Both the position numbers and the translations under genes were made by a program. The notes beneath the pieces are model-generated. The model did no database searches, was not told the DNA's origin, and was given only the letters and a program-made list of their open reading frames with translations. A DNA stretch of 64,000 nucleotides from Hydrurus foetidus. Lineage: Eukaryota. Positions 39,324-48,629 of the stretch are shown here, in pieces; the first letter of the stretch is position 1, and each line of letters opens with the position of its first letter. The DNA lies in contig UYFQ01000023.1 in NCBI GenBank assembly GCA_900617105.1, positions 558,001 to 622,000 on the forward strand, given 5' to 3'.

Positions 39324-40880
39324 ATGACAAACGCTTTCAACGGTCTGTGCATGCTGACCTTTGCCCTGTTGACAGCTGTGACAGGCTATCTGATAGTTCA
39401 CTGGCAACGTCGCATGCGGGCAACACGCACCCGTACCCGCTACCCCTACCAGCCCATGCCCGCCAAATGGGCCATGGTCAGTATCGATTTACTGGTGATG
39501 TGGGGCAGCCTGCTGCTGACTTACGGCGTATTCCATAACGATAGCCCGCTCGAAGACCAAGCGGTGATGGTGTATGTGGCCATGTCGGGTGCAGCCGTCA
39601 TGTGGTGCTGGATCACGCTGGAGCACTACTCAAGGCGTCGCCCCTTTTGGACCGAGTTGAAAGAAATCTTGCTGGTCACCGCCAGCACATCGTTCATCAC
39701 CTGCACCTTGTACTGGGTGCTGTCATTGATCTCAAGGCGCTCAGTGGCGGTGGAAATGATGATAGGCAATTTGTTTTTCTTGCCCATTGGGCGTGCCCTG
39801 TGCAAAGACCTGCTGAACCGCCTTGGCTTGTGGCAGATCCCCACCGTTATGGTGGGCGCTGGCTACAACGCCCAAGAAGCCATCGCGGCCTTGGAGGATG
39901 AAACCTCCATGGGCTACAAAGTCATCGGCATCATTGCGGTGGAGCCCCTCTCAAGCAGCATGACACCTGAGGCCACCACACCCACTGGGCAAACTCGCCA
40001 GACGATTGATATTTCGCAGTACACAGGCACCGAACTGCACGGCAAAATAGAAGCCACTATTGACTACCTGCGCGCCCATCAGGTGGTGGTGGCTTTGGAT
40101 TCCTTAGCGACCCCAGCCAACCAAGGGGTATTGCAGCACGTGGTTTCCCGCGTTGAAGGCACCCATGTGATTCCCTCGATTCGCGGCCTGCCGCTGTTTG
40201 GCACCACCGTATCGCATTTCTTCAGCCATGAAGTGCTGCTGCTGTCGGTGCGCAACAACTTGTCCCGCCGCTCCTACAAATGGGTGAAGCGGGGCTTTGA
40301 CATTGCGGTAGCTGCCCTGCTGCTGCTGCTGCTGTCGCCGGTATTTTTGCTGCTGTCCGTTTTGGTGCGACAAAGTGGCGCCAGCGCGTTTTACGGCCAC
40401 CCCAGAGTCGGGCAAAACGGAACGCTCTTTAAATGCCTGAAATTCCGCTCTATGCGCCCCGATGCCGACAAGGTGTTAAAGCTACTGCTGGCCAACAATC
40501 CCGATGCCCGCGCGGAGTGGGCCAAAGATTTCAAACTCAAAAACGACCCCCGCATCACCCCTGTAGGTCATTTTTTACGCAAAACCAGCCTGGACGAGCT
40601 GCCCCAGTTGTTCAACGTGCTCTTTGGCAGCATGAGCCTTGTCGGCCCCAGACCTGTGGTGTCCGAGGAACTGGCGCGCTACGAAGACCGGGCTGATCTG
40701 TACCTGCAAGTGGTGCCCGGCATCACCGGCCTGTGGCAAATCAGCGGACGCAACGACATCAGCTACGCCGAACGTGTCGCCCTGGACGTGTGGTACGTCA
40801 AAAACTGGTCACTTTGGTATGACATAGCCATACTCTTCAAGACCGTATCGGTGGTGTTCAAGCGCTCTGGGGCGTATTGA
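39324..40880 (+). CDS. wbaP: Undecaprenyl-phosphate galactose phosphotransferase WbaP-like
   Basis: HYSRRRPFWTELKE, SHFFSHEV, KFRSM, FKLKNDPRIT, DVWYVKNWSLWYD; exact start uncertain. Confidence 0.9.
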   Translation: MTNAFNGLCMLTFALLTAVTGYLIVHWQRRMRATRTRTRYPYQPMPAKWAMVSIDLLVMWGSLLLTYGVFHNDSPLEDQAVMVYVAMSGAAVMWCWITLEHYSRRRPFWTELKEILLVTASTSFITCTLYWVLSLISRRSVAVEMMIGNLFFLPIGRALCKDLLNRLGLWQIPTVMVGAGYNAQEAIAALEDETSMGYKVIGIIAVEPLSSSMTPEATTPTGQTRQTIDISQYTGTELHGKIEATIDYLRAHQVVVALDSLATPANQGVLQHVVSRVEGTHVIPSIRGLPLFGTTVSHFFSHEVLLLSVRNNLSRRSYKWVKRGFDIAVAALLLLLLSPVFLLLSVLVRQSGASAFYGHPRVGQNGTLFKCLKFRSMRPDADKVLKLLLANNPDARAEWAKDFKLKNDPRITPVGHFLRKTSLDELPQLFNVLFGSMSLVGPRPVVSEELARYEDRADLYLQVVPGITGLWQISGRNDISYAERVALDVWYVKNWSLWYDIAILFKTVSVVFKRSGAY

Positions 40881-40883
40881 AGC

Positions 40884-42431
40884 TTAAACCAACGTCTCCA
40901 CCTCAAAGGCCACCACGCTGCGCTGTTCCTTGCTGAATTCCACCCCAATCAGGTGGATCGGCTGCTGGAGTGCCCTGTACTTGTCCGCATAGGCTTTGTC
41001 CTTGAGTTGCTGCATCGCTTTGCCCTCAGGCACCAACTCCACCACTTTGAACTCAAACAAGTAGACCTGCGCGTTGAACTTCACCGCCATGTCCAGCCGC
41101 CCGTGGTTGGAAGTGTCTTCCAAGACGATGTCCAACCCTAGAGCGGCAAAGTAGGCATAAAACACACTGGCGTAATAGCCTTCATACTGCGCAATCGGGT
41201 TACTCCTGTACCAGTCATGAGGAATGGAGGCAAAGAAACTGGTGAACAGCACGTGCATCCCGGCAAAGTCATTGCGTTTGAGCAAGTGGCCCAACTGCCG
41301 CTTGTTGGCGATGGCCGCACTCTCGGCAGGACTCCAACTTTTGAGCAAGCTGTTGTTCAGACTTTGGTAAACCTCATGGTTGGGATAGCGCAGGGTGTAC
41401 CACGCTTCACCAAAGCTATGCTCTACCTGGTCAATCGTCAGATACCCGGCCTGGAACATCAACGCCTCGGTAGGGATGTTGTCCACCTCAAAGGTGCTGA
41501 GCATGTCCGCATTGGTTTCCATGCGCCCCAAATCGGGGAGCCATGCTTGTCGTTTAGCGAGCAATTTGACCAAAAAATCGGGTGTGCCTGTCTCGAACCA
41601 GTAGGGCTTGAATTCGCGCTTGTCGAGCAAAAGAAGCAAATCAAACGGGTTGTAGACCGATTCACCCGTCCAGTTGTAGCCGTTGTACCAGTCGCGAATT
41701 TCAGCGCGGTCAAGGCCACCCAGTTCAGGCGCAAATACCGTGTCGATGTCGACATCGGTGTAACCGCAGATTGCCGAATACTTGGCATCCATCGTGATGT
41801 CGTTCAACTGATTCAGGCCAGAAAACAAACTCACTTTGCTGAATTTAGATACCCCCGTCAGCATGGCGAATCGGATGTGCGCATCTGCGCCCTTGATGAC
41901 GGAATAGAAGTTGCGCAGGCCATCGCGCATCTCAGCAGCGATGGCAGGGTTGTCGATGTTGTCAAGAATGGGTTTATCGTACTCGTCCACCAACACAACC
42001 ACGCGCTCGCCAGTTGCGGCATGGGCTTCGCGAAGTAACTCTGAAAAAATACCGGGAATGCTGCTGTGAGCGCATGCCACCCCCAAGTGCGCTTGTTGCT
42101 CTGACAAAATTTCATGAATCCGCTCGTCCAGCGCCGCCCGACTGTGCAGCGTGCCTTCGGCAAAGCTTATGCGTACCACCGGTACTTTGCGTGACCAATC
42201 CCACTTGTCATGCACGTACAAGCCCGTGAACAACGCTTCGCTGCCCGCAAACAGCTCACCCAAAGTGTCCAAAAAGAGGCTTTTGCCAAAGCGGCGCGGG
42301 CGCGAGAGGAAAAAACTTTTACCCTCGGTGGCCATCTTCAGCGCATAGCCGGTTTTATCGACGTAGTAACAGTTGTCCTCACGTATCTCGCGGAACGTCT
42401 GAATGCCGATAGGGAGCTTTTTGCGGATCAT
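40884..42431 (-). CDS. AAA-ATPase-like protein with C-terminal PD-(D/E)XK nuclease (DUF1703-type)
   Basis: KLPIGIQTF, YYVDKT, SRPRRFGKSL, LVDEYDKP, GRLDM...FEFK. Confidence 0.92.
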   Translation of the reverse strand: MIRKKLPIGIQTFREIREDNCYYVDKTGYALKMATEGKSFFLSRPRRFGKSLFLDTLGELFAGSEALFTGLYVHDKWDWSRKVPVVRISFAEGTLHSRAALDERIHEILSEQQAHLGVACAHSSIPGIFSELLREAHAATGERVVVLVDEYDKPILDNIDNPAIAAEMRDGLRNFYSVIKGADAHIRFAMLTGVSKFSKVSLFSGLNQLNDITMDAKYSAICGYTDVDIDTVFAPELGGLDRAEIRDWYNGYNWTGESVYNPFDLLLLLDKREFKPYWFETGTPDFLVKLLAKRQAWLPDLGRMETNADMLSTFEVDNIPTEALMFQAGYLTIDQVEHSFGEAWYTLRYPNHEVYQSLNNSLLKSWSPAESAAIANKRQLGHLLKRNDFAGMHVLFTSFFASIPHDWYRSNPIAQYEGYYASVFYAYFAALGLDIVLEDTSNHGRLDMAVKFNAQVYLFEFKVVELVPEGKAMQQLKDKAYADKYRALQQPIHLIGVEFSKEQRSVVAFEVETLV

Positions 42432-42471
42432 GGAGGTAGCGATGGGTATCTGTCTGATTGTACGGAGACCC

Positions 42472-43551
42472 CTACCCCGCATACCCCTGCGGGTTCCCAC
42501 TCTGCCAGCGCCAAGTGTCTTCACACATCGCCTGCAACCCACGGGTGGCACGCCAACCCAGGAGGGTTTGCGCCAGCGTGGCATCGCCAAAATAGCGGGC
42601 CACGTCCCCTGGGCGGCGGGGCATGATGGTGTAGGGCACGGCCTGCCCGGTGTGCTGTACAAAGGCCTCGACCATTTGCAGCACCGAAATACCCTGCCCG
42701 GTGCCTAAGTTGGCCACAAGGCAGTTGCTGCTTGTGGCGTTTGCTGCGCCCGTTGTTGCATCCTTGGCAGCGATCGCATCCGACTGCAAATAGCGCAGCG
42801 CGGCCAAATGGCCTTCTACCAAATCCATCACGTGGATGTAATCGCGCACGCCTGTGCCGTCTTCGGTAGCGTAGTCGTTGCCAAAGATGCTGAGCTGCGA
42901 GCGGCGGCCACTGGCCACCTGGGCGATGAAGGGCATCAGGTTATTGGGTACGCCTGAGGGGTCTTCGCCCATTTGCCCGCTGGGGTGTGCACCTACAGGG
43001 TTGAAGTAGCGCAGGCAGGCCACCCGCCAAGCCGGGTCAGCCGCTGCCACATCGCGCAGTACTTGCTCCACCAGCAGCTTGCTCCAGCCGTACGCATTGG
43101 CCGGGGCCACAGCCGCCGTCTCGGGCACTGGGGAATAAACCGGATCGCCATACACGGTGGCTGATGATGAAAACACCAGTTGTTTCACCCCGGCGCGCTG
43201 CATGGCCCGCACCAAGCTGATAGAGCCAGCCAGATTGCCTTCGTAATACAGCGCGGGGTTGGCCATGGATTCGGCCACCGATTTCAGCCCCGCAAAATGC
43301 ACCACCGCCGTGATGGGGTAACGCGCAAACAAGGCATCGAGCGCGGATGCATCCCGAATATCGCCGCCTACCAAGATGGGGCCAATGCCGCTGCCCTCCC
43401 CACTGCCTTGCCCCAGCATTTTCATGCGGTGCAGTACACCTGGTTGGCTGTTGGAAAAATTATCAAACACCACATACGGCAAGCCCGCTGCGGCCAGCGC
43501 TACGCCCATGTGGCTGCCTATGTAGCCTGCCCCACCTGTTAATAAAATCAT
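42472..43551 (-). CDS. galE: UDP-glucose 4-epimerase
   Basis: TGGAGYIGSH, HFAGLKSV, LRYFNPVGAH, PNNLMP, DGTGVRDYIHV. Confidence 0.95.
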   Translation of the reverse strand: MILLTGGAGYIGSHMGVALAAAGLPYVVFDNFSNSQPGVLHRMKMLGQGSGEGSGIGPILVGGDIRDASALDALFARYPITAVVHFAGLKSVAESMANPALYYEGNLAGSISLVRAMQRAGVKQLVFSSSATVYGDPVYSPVPETAAVAPANAYGWSKLLVEQVLRDVAAADPAWRVACLRYFNPVGAHPSGQMGEDPSGVPNNLMPFIAQVASGRRSQLSIFGNDYATEDGTGVRDYIHVMDLVEGHLAALRYLQSDAIAAKDATTGAANATSSNCLVANLGTGQGISVLQMVEAFVQHTGQAVPYTIMPRRPGDVARYFGDATLAQTLLGWRATRGLQAMCEDTWRWQSGNPQGYAG

Positions 43552-43622
43552 CACACGCCCTTCACACCCTGTTAACTTATTATTTAAATTTATCAATATT
43601 ATTTAATTAATAAATAATAAAA

Positions 43623-44090
43623 CTACCATTCTTCCAAAATCAATTGCCGCCCTTGAATTTCTCGCACCTTATAGCGACCTGATTTTGCTTTAACCCCACT
43701 GGCCAATACGGCTTTACACAGCTTGCCTTTGTAAACGGCTTCCAGCGTCGTCTCTCCCGTCCATTGGTGAACCATCACCTCGTCTGAAGGATTGCCAAAC
43801 GTGCTGAAAGTACTGAACGTGCTGAGCGTGCCATGCTCGCTCATGCGCGAGGCCACGGCCTCTTTATGGCTGAGGTATTTAGGCGGCGCTGCACGCAGCT
43901 TCACATAAAAGCCCAAACCTGACAGCACCACCGCCACGGCCAGCTGGTACAAGATACCGCCATCCAGCCACGCCAACGCAGCGGCACAGCCAAATCCCAA
44001 AGCAAGAATGGCCCAGGAATACACGCGTGAAAGCAAAGCCACACCCAGTGCCACCAGCGCCAAAACAGACCAAAAAAAGAGCAAAGCCAT
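43623..44090 (-). CDS. NfeD-like small membrane protein
   Basis: Three hydrophobic segments plus OB-like C-terminus (VYKGK..A...VREIQGRQLIL). Confidence 0.65.
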   Translation of the reverse strand: MALLFFWSVLALVALGVALLSRVYSWAILALGFGCAAALAWLDGGILYQLAVAVVLSGLGFYVKLRAAPPKYLSHKEAVASRMSEHGTLSTFSTFSTFGNPSDEVMVHQWTGETTLEAVYKGKLCKAVLASGVKAKSGRYKVREIQGRQLILEEW

Positions 44091-44128
44091 GTTGTTAAAC
44101 CTCAACCTAAGCTGTTCATTGAAAAAAC

Positions 44129-45217
44129 CTACCATTCCTCAGGCATATCCTGACGCCAATCGGCCAAGGCAGCGTCCAGGGTGAACTGGTAAGGGTACTG
44201 CTGTGCGATTAAAACACCCGGCACAATGTTGTTCGAGCGAATCAGCTTGCGCACACGCACCACATTGACACCCGTTTGCTTGCCCACCAGCGCCGCCAAG
44301 GTTTGCACCACCCGAGCCGCAGTCATCAACAACCACGCCGGGATGGAGGGCACAAAAGCCTTTTTGCCTGCTACCCGCTGCACAGCATCCACATAGTCTT
44401 TCATGGCGGGCGCGGGGTTCATGGTCATGTTAGCAGTGACCACACCGGGCTGCCGAGTTGCCGCTTGCCCATGCAGCCACCACATGGCGTGGCACAGCTC
44501 TTTCACGTAAATACCTGCCTTGCGCGTTTGCTCGTTCCCCGCAAACACAAAGAAACCCCGCTGGCTCAGCAGCGCCACCATGCGCGAGACATTGCCGCCT
44601 TCGCCAGGGCCAAACACCACACCGGGGCGCACCACCAGCAAGCGGCGAACACCTTCTTTGGCTTCCCCTGCGCCCCCACGGTCACGCCACGCCGCGTGGA
44701 TCAACTCAGCGGCCAGCTTGGACGAACCGTAAGCCGTCTCAGGGGTGGGGATGCTCGCCTCGGTGCGCGGCACCTCCGAGGGGCCATAGGGCGAAATGCT
44801 GCTGGTGAACAGCACATCCACACACCCCACCGCCTCGGCAAACGCACACACCGTATGGGCACCGGGCAAATTGGTTTCAAAGTACTCGTGCGGCGCATGC
44901 CCCGGCTCGCGGTGAACCGCCGCAAAATTGGCAATGAAATCCACCGGCAAGCCACCCGACACCGCCGCCGCATCCACGCAATGGCGCACATCACACGCCA
45001 CGTAACGCACAGCGCCCGTCTGCAAGTGGGGCAGTATGAACTTGTGGGCCGCATGGGCGGTGGGCGGCTTGGTGTCCGCCAGCACAATGTGCGTGAAGCC
45101 CGCATCCGCCAGCAGGAAGCGGGCAAAGTGCAGGCCGATAAAGCCTGTGCCGCCGAAGATGACGGCTGTTTTAGGCGGGCGTGCTGGTGCTTCTGTGTTG
45201 TGCAGAATATTCATCAT
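44129..45217 (-). CDS. NAD-dependent epimerase/dehydratase
   Basis: IFGGTGFIG, FAAVHREPGH, YGSSK, RPGVVFG. Confidence 0.9.
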   Translation of the reverse strand: MMNILHNTEAPARPPKTAVIFGGTGFIGLHFARFLLADAGFTHIVLADTKPPTAHAAHKFILPHLQTGAVRYVACDVRHCVDAAAVSGGLPVDFIANFAAVHREPGHAPHEYFETNLPGAHTVCAFAEAVGCVDVLFTSSISPYGPSEVPRTEASIPTPETAYGSSKLAAELIHAAWRDRGGAGEAKEGVRRLLVVRPGVVFGPGEGGNVSRMVALLSQRGFFVFAGNEQTRKAGIYVKELCHAMWWLHGQAATRQPGVVTANMTMNPAPAMKDYVDAVQRVAGKKAFVPSIPAWLLMTAARVVQTLAALVGKQTGVNVVRVRKLIRSNNIVPGVLIAQQYPYQFTLDAALADWRQDMPEEW

Positions 45218-45334
45218 CAAAGGTGTTATCAGTTCTTACGGTATGGGTATTGCATGCTATTGTTTTTGAATTTTTAATCTACCCAAAATTCAGGCAAGGT
45301 GCAGGTTTTGGGTGCATCAGCTAATACCACCCAT

Positions 45335-45778
45335 TCAATGCAGCTCAGGCGGAAGCCAATCTGCCATCAATACGTCAGCAAGGGTGTAAGGGCATGTTTT
45401 CGGGAAAACATACAAAGAAAGCCCCGTTTCCTTGGCAGCTTGGTGAACAGCGAGGCCATACGCACTGTCAAAGCGAGCTTCCAGAACGCCGTCAAGGCTT
45501 GGGCTGTCCTCAAGAATGCCTTGGATGTTCAAGCGCTGCTCGAACACAGTCGTTGTCCAACTGTCAGAGCGGCGTGTAGGCTGAAATTGCCATTTGAGCA
45601 AGTGCTGTAACAGAACAGCCAAACGATTCCTCAGCTCGCGTTTTTCTTTAGCGCTCATAGCGTCCATTTCCTCGGCCAGATGTTCAACGTCAAGTGCGGC
45701 GAGGTTGCCAGAACGCAAAAGCAATGCTTGCTCGTTAGCCCATGCGGCAACATCAGTTTTATAGGCGGTTTGCATCAT
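45335..45778 (-). CDS. DUF29 family protein
   Basis: Y..D...WANEQA.LLR.G, LLQHLLKWQFQP..RS.SW, FPKTCPY. Confidence 0.9.
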   Translation of the reverse strand: MMQTAYKTDVAAWANEQALLLRSGNLAALDVEHLAEEMDAMSAKEKRELRNRLAVLLQHLLKWQFQPTRRSDSWTTTVFEQRLNIQGILEDSPSLDGVLEARFDSAYGLAVHQAAKETGLSLYVFPKTCPYTLADVLMADWLPPELH

Positions 45779-45954
45779 CAGTTCCTTTTATAGGGCGTAG
45801 TCATCCTGAATTCCACTGAAAACAAATGGCGATTTGGCATCAATCGCCCGTCCAACGCACTTGGCCCCGCAAAGCCAAGAGTTGCCGCCGCTTCAAAGTG
45901 TCCGCTTTTTGGTGATTCACCTGTTTTTCCGGCTATGGATTCAAAAATGCCCGG

Positions 45955-47007
45955 TCAGTCCGGCGCCAGTCGCAGGGCAGCAACTTCCGCCACAGTAAGC
46001 CCCGTCACCGCCACAATGTCTGCATCGTTAGGCATTCTGGGCAGCAGTGATTTGGCGATAGCTAAGGCAGTTTGGCGTGCGCCTTGTGCTTCACCTTTAG
46101 CCTCCCCTTCAGCCTTCCTCTTGGCCAGCACCTGCATCAAGTCATCTTGCATCGCCAATGCCTTCTCCTGCATCGCCATCGCCTCATCGCGCATCGCCAA
46201 TGCTTTCTCCTGCATCGCTATCGTCTCATCGCGCATCGCCATCGTCTCATCGCGCAGCCGCGCCATTTCCTTTTTCGCCTCATCGCGCATCGCCAATGCC
46301 TCATCGCTCATCCGCGCCATTTCCTTATGCTGATAAATAAAATACTCACGCCGGGTTTGCTCGTCATCTTCCTCAGGTGTTAACGCCGCCCGGTTGGCAA
46401 TGGCAAAGGCGTGGGCAAAAGAGGGTATTTGCTGCAAGCTGTCAGGGACGATAGATACGTCTTTGGCGTGCTTCAAAAAGAACAGCCACTTGTCTTTCAA
46501 ATCCATCGTTGCCAGATCCGCCTCTTCCCCGTGGAACTTGGGGAGTTCGATGAACACCAGTTCCAAGTCATCGCTGTACAGCCCGCCGTCATCGGCTTTG
46601 AGCCGAAAGCTGTTGATGCCATCGGGGCGCTCGGTGAACATGGTGAAATCGGTGATGGTCAGCGCGATCACATCCGAGAGTTTGGGGTAATCCTCCCCCT
46701 TGCTGATTTGCCCTGAGTAGGCTTTGCAGGCGTTGTAGAGCACGCGCTTCTCGAACCCGTGGACGTTGAGCACCTGCATCTCAATGATGAACTGCCGCCC
46801 GTTCTCGTCCACCGCACGCACATCGACAGCAGACTCCTTCATGCCGACCACCTTGGGCGCTTGGTAGGGGTCAACGATGGTGACATCGGCAATCGGGGAT
46901 GCCAAGGTCAGCACAGCGTTCAAGAACGACAGCAAGATGTCTTTGCTCTGGTCAGAGCCAAAGATTTTCTTGAACGCCAAATCGGTGCGGGGGTTTAAGA
47001 ATTGCAT
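45955..47007 (-). CDS. Rpn-family (PDDEXK_2) nuclease with heptad-repeat C-terminus
   Basis: DLAFKKIFG, DVRA....IIEMQ, FIELPKF, KAEGEAKG...IAKSLL...IVAVTGL. Confidence 0.92.
   Translation of the reverse strand: MQFLNPRTDLAFKKIFGSDQSKDILLSFLNAVLTLASPIADVTIVDPYQAPKVVGMKESAVDVRAVDENGRQFIIEMQVLNVHGFEKRVLYNACKAYSGQISKGEDYPKLSDVIALTITDFTMFTERPDGINSFRLKADDGGLYSDDLELVFIELPKFHGEEADLATMDLKDKWLFFLKHAKDVSIVPDSLQQIPSFAHAFAIANRAALTPEEDDEQTRREYFIYQHKEMARMSDEALAMRDEAKKEMARLRDETMAMRDETIAMQEKALAMRDEAMAMQEKALAMQDDLMQVLAKRKAEGEAKGEAQGARQTALAIAKSLLPRMPNDADIVAVTGLTVAEVAALRLAPD
46147..46322 (-). repeat. Imperfect 21-bp coding tandem repeats in rpn
   Basis: EALAMRD/ETMAMRD/ETIAMQE/KALAMRD/EAMAMQE/KALAMQD units. 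Confidence 0.85.
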
Positions 47008-47016
47008 GGTTTAAGT

Positions 47017-47352
47017 TTAACGGGCAAGCAACGCCCCCACCACCGGCTTATCGGGGGGCGCATGTCCATTGCAACGAACCTTGATGCCGTCAAGGCTACC
47101 GAGAATTTGCACCGGGCGCTGCACGCGGGCAGTTTTCCAGCCAGCCACCGATTCGAGTTGCTTGAGGACATCATCAAAGCGACTGCGCAGGTCTGTCAAC
47201 ACATGGTCTGCGTCACGCGAGAAACGATGCGCTGCATGAATTGCGGATGCTGTTCCACCAACCAAAACGGCATCAGGCAGGATTCTTTGAAGGCGTGCTG
47301 CCGATGACAGCACGAGTTCCCAATCAGGCAGGGGTGCGGTGTTCTTCGGCAT
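47017..47352 (-). pseudogene. Truncated AbiEii-like nucleotidyltransferase (toxin remnant)
   Basis: VLVGGTA, HRFSRDAD motifs; only 111 aa, with an unrelated-looking tail after LDGI. Confidence 0.65.
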
Positions 47353-47551
47353 AGTGCATCCAGAAGTGATGACGTTGAGCATAAGGATCAGCAGTGTGAG
47401 CACGGCAGACCCGCTCCACTTTGTCGAGCAACGAGCGGTCAGCCAGAGCCGCACGTCGCAACTCAGCCCAGTCAGCCCAGCGGCCACGTGAGATCACATC
47501 GTCGATGGCGGCGAGGGTGAAGCGTTGATGGGTAAGGTGTCGGTGCAACAT
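47324..47551 (-). CDS. Small partner (putative antitoxin) upstream of the nucleotidyltransferase
   Basis: 75 aa, TLAAIDDVISRGRWADWAEL; overlaps the downstream gene start. Confidence 0.65.
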   Translation of the reverse strand: MLHRHLTHQRFTLAAIDDVISRGRWADWAELRRAALADRSLLDKVERVCRAHTADPYAQRHHFWMHYAEEHRTPA

Positions 47552-47677
47552 GGGCCAATTAGCGGGGCATGGCTGGGCAGGGCAGGAATGGTGAAGAGGC
47601 TTTGATTATCTGCTTTGGCGGGCTTTGGGGAATGGGTGGGAAAGGGCTGTGCCGCCAAATGCGTAAAGCACCGCGCC

Positions 47678-48109
47678 TTAAGTTGTCACCAGCACCGTCT
47701 TGACCTTGTGGCGTTTGGCGTTTTTGGCAAACACGGCATCCAAAGTCGCCAGCCCTTGCACATGGGCAGCCAGGGCGCTGGCAAGATGCAATGCATCACC
47801 GGCACGCAGACCTGTCGTTGCGTCCAAAGTTAACAGTGCCGCCTTGTGGAACGTCGATGTTTCCACGGGTAACAGTTGCAAATCATTCGCGCAGACCCGT
47901 TCAAACTGCATCCATGCGGATTGGGCTTGGGGCGCAGTTAATTGGCCCGTGCGCTGCTTGAGGCCCAACGCACTTGCAAATTCAGTCACACACCAAGCTG
48001 CGCACACCAAATCATCCTCACAACCGGAATACCAGCGAATCACCTCCGCCGTCTTGCTCTCGTGGGTGCATAACGCAACCAGTACGCTGGTATCGACGTA
48101 CACCATCAA
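47678..48109 (-). CDS. vapC: PIN-domain toxin (VapC)
   Basis: VYVDTSVLV, TEFASAL, LRAGDALHLA, TLD. Confidence 0.9.
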   Translation of the reverse strand: MMVYVDTSVLVALCTHESKTAEVIRWYSGCEDDLVCAAWCVTEFASALGLKQRTGQLTAPQAQSAWMQFERVCANDLQLLPVETSTFHKAALLTLDATTGLRAGDALHLASALAAHVQGLATLDAVFAKNAKRHKVKTVLVTT

Positions 48110-48354
48110 TACCGAGCCTCTTGGTGAAGCTGCGCCATGACGGATACGCCCATGGGAAGCGCTTCACTGTTGCGGGTCAGCTCCTGCGCAAAGGCTTGGC
48201 GGCTCCACTTGGTGGGGCGCATGGTCATCATGCCATCGGCACCCATACCGGCCTGAAGGTGGTCGCCCGCCTTGAGCCCTGCTTGGCGAACATAGTCAGC
48301 CGGAATTCTGACGGCAAGACTGTTGCCCCACTTGGATACTTGTAGATTAAGCAT
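48106..48354 (-). CDS. AbrB/MazE-type antitoxin
   Basis: KWGNSLAVRIP motif; 4-bp overlap with vapC. Confidence 0.9.
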   Translation of the reverse strand: MLNLQVSKWGNSLAVRIPADYVRQAGLKAGDHLQAGMGADGMMTMRPTKWSRQAFAQELTRNSEALPMGVSVMAQLHQEARY

Positions 48355-48369
48355 AGATTTTCAGGACAT

Positions 48370-48422
48370 TTGGATAAACAATAATGTATCTACATAGTAG
48401 CGGCATTGATGCCTTGCGTCAA
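48370..48422 (-). promoter_or_regulatory. Sigma70 promoter and putative operator of the vapBC operon
   Basis: TTGACG (48422-48417), 17 bp, TACTAT (48399-48394); ATGTA-tc-TACAT palindrome at 48384-48395. Confidence 0.7.
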
Positions 48423-48629
48423 CGCACTTGTAAGCGGTTGCACAGTCAGTTCCTTTCTTGTGGCCTAGCAAGCGTGTACAGGGTGGTTATCAGGCTCCAC
48501 AGAAAGTCGCAAGCCCACCGTTTTGAGGACAGCGAGCAAAGTCTTCAGTGTTGGATTCCCTTTAGGTGAGAGCGTGCGGTACAGCGATTCACGGCTGATA
48601 CCCGCTTGTGCAGCCACCGCCCCCAAACC

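Noticed and set aside
45932..45948. Sixth GCTAT element copy (gctatggattca; also gctattgttttt near 45256)
   Set aside because: Only a half-site; the right arm and tail do not match.
46147..46322. Tandem repeats (also 62073-62370) as a CRISPR array
   Set aside because: The units are contiguous coding repeats with no unique spacers, and no cas genes are present.
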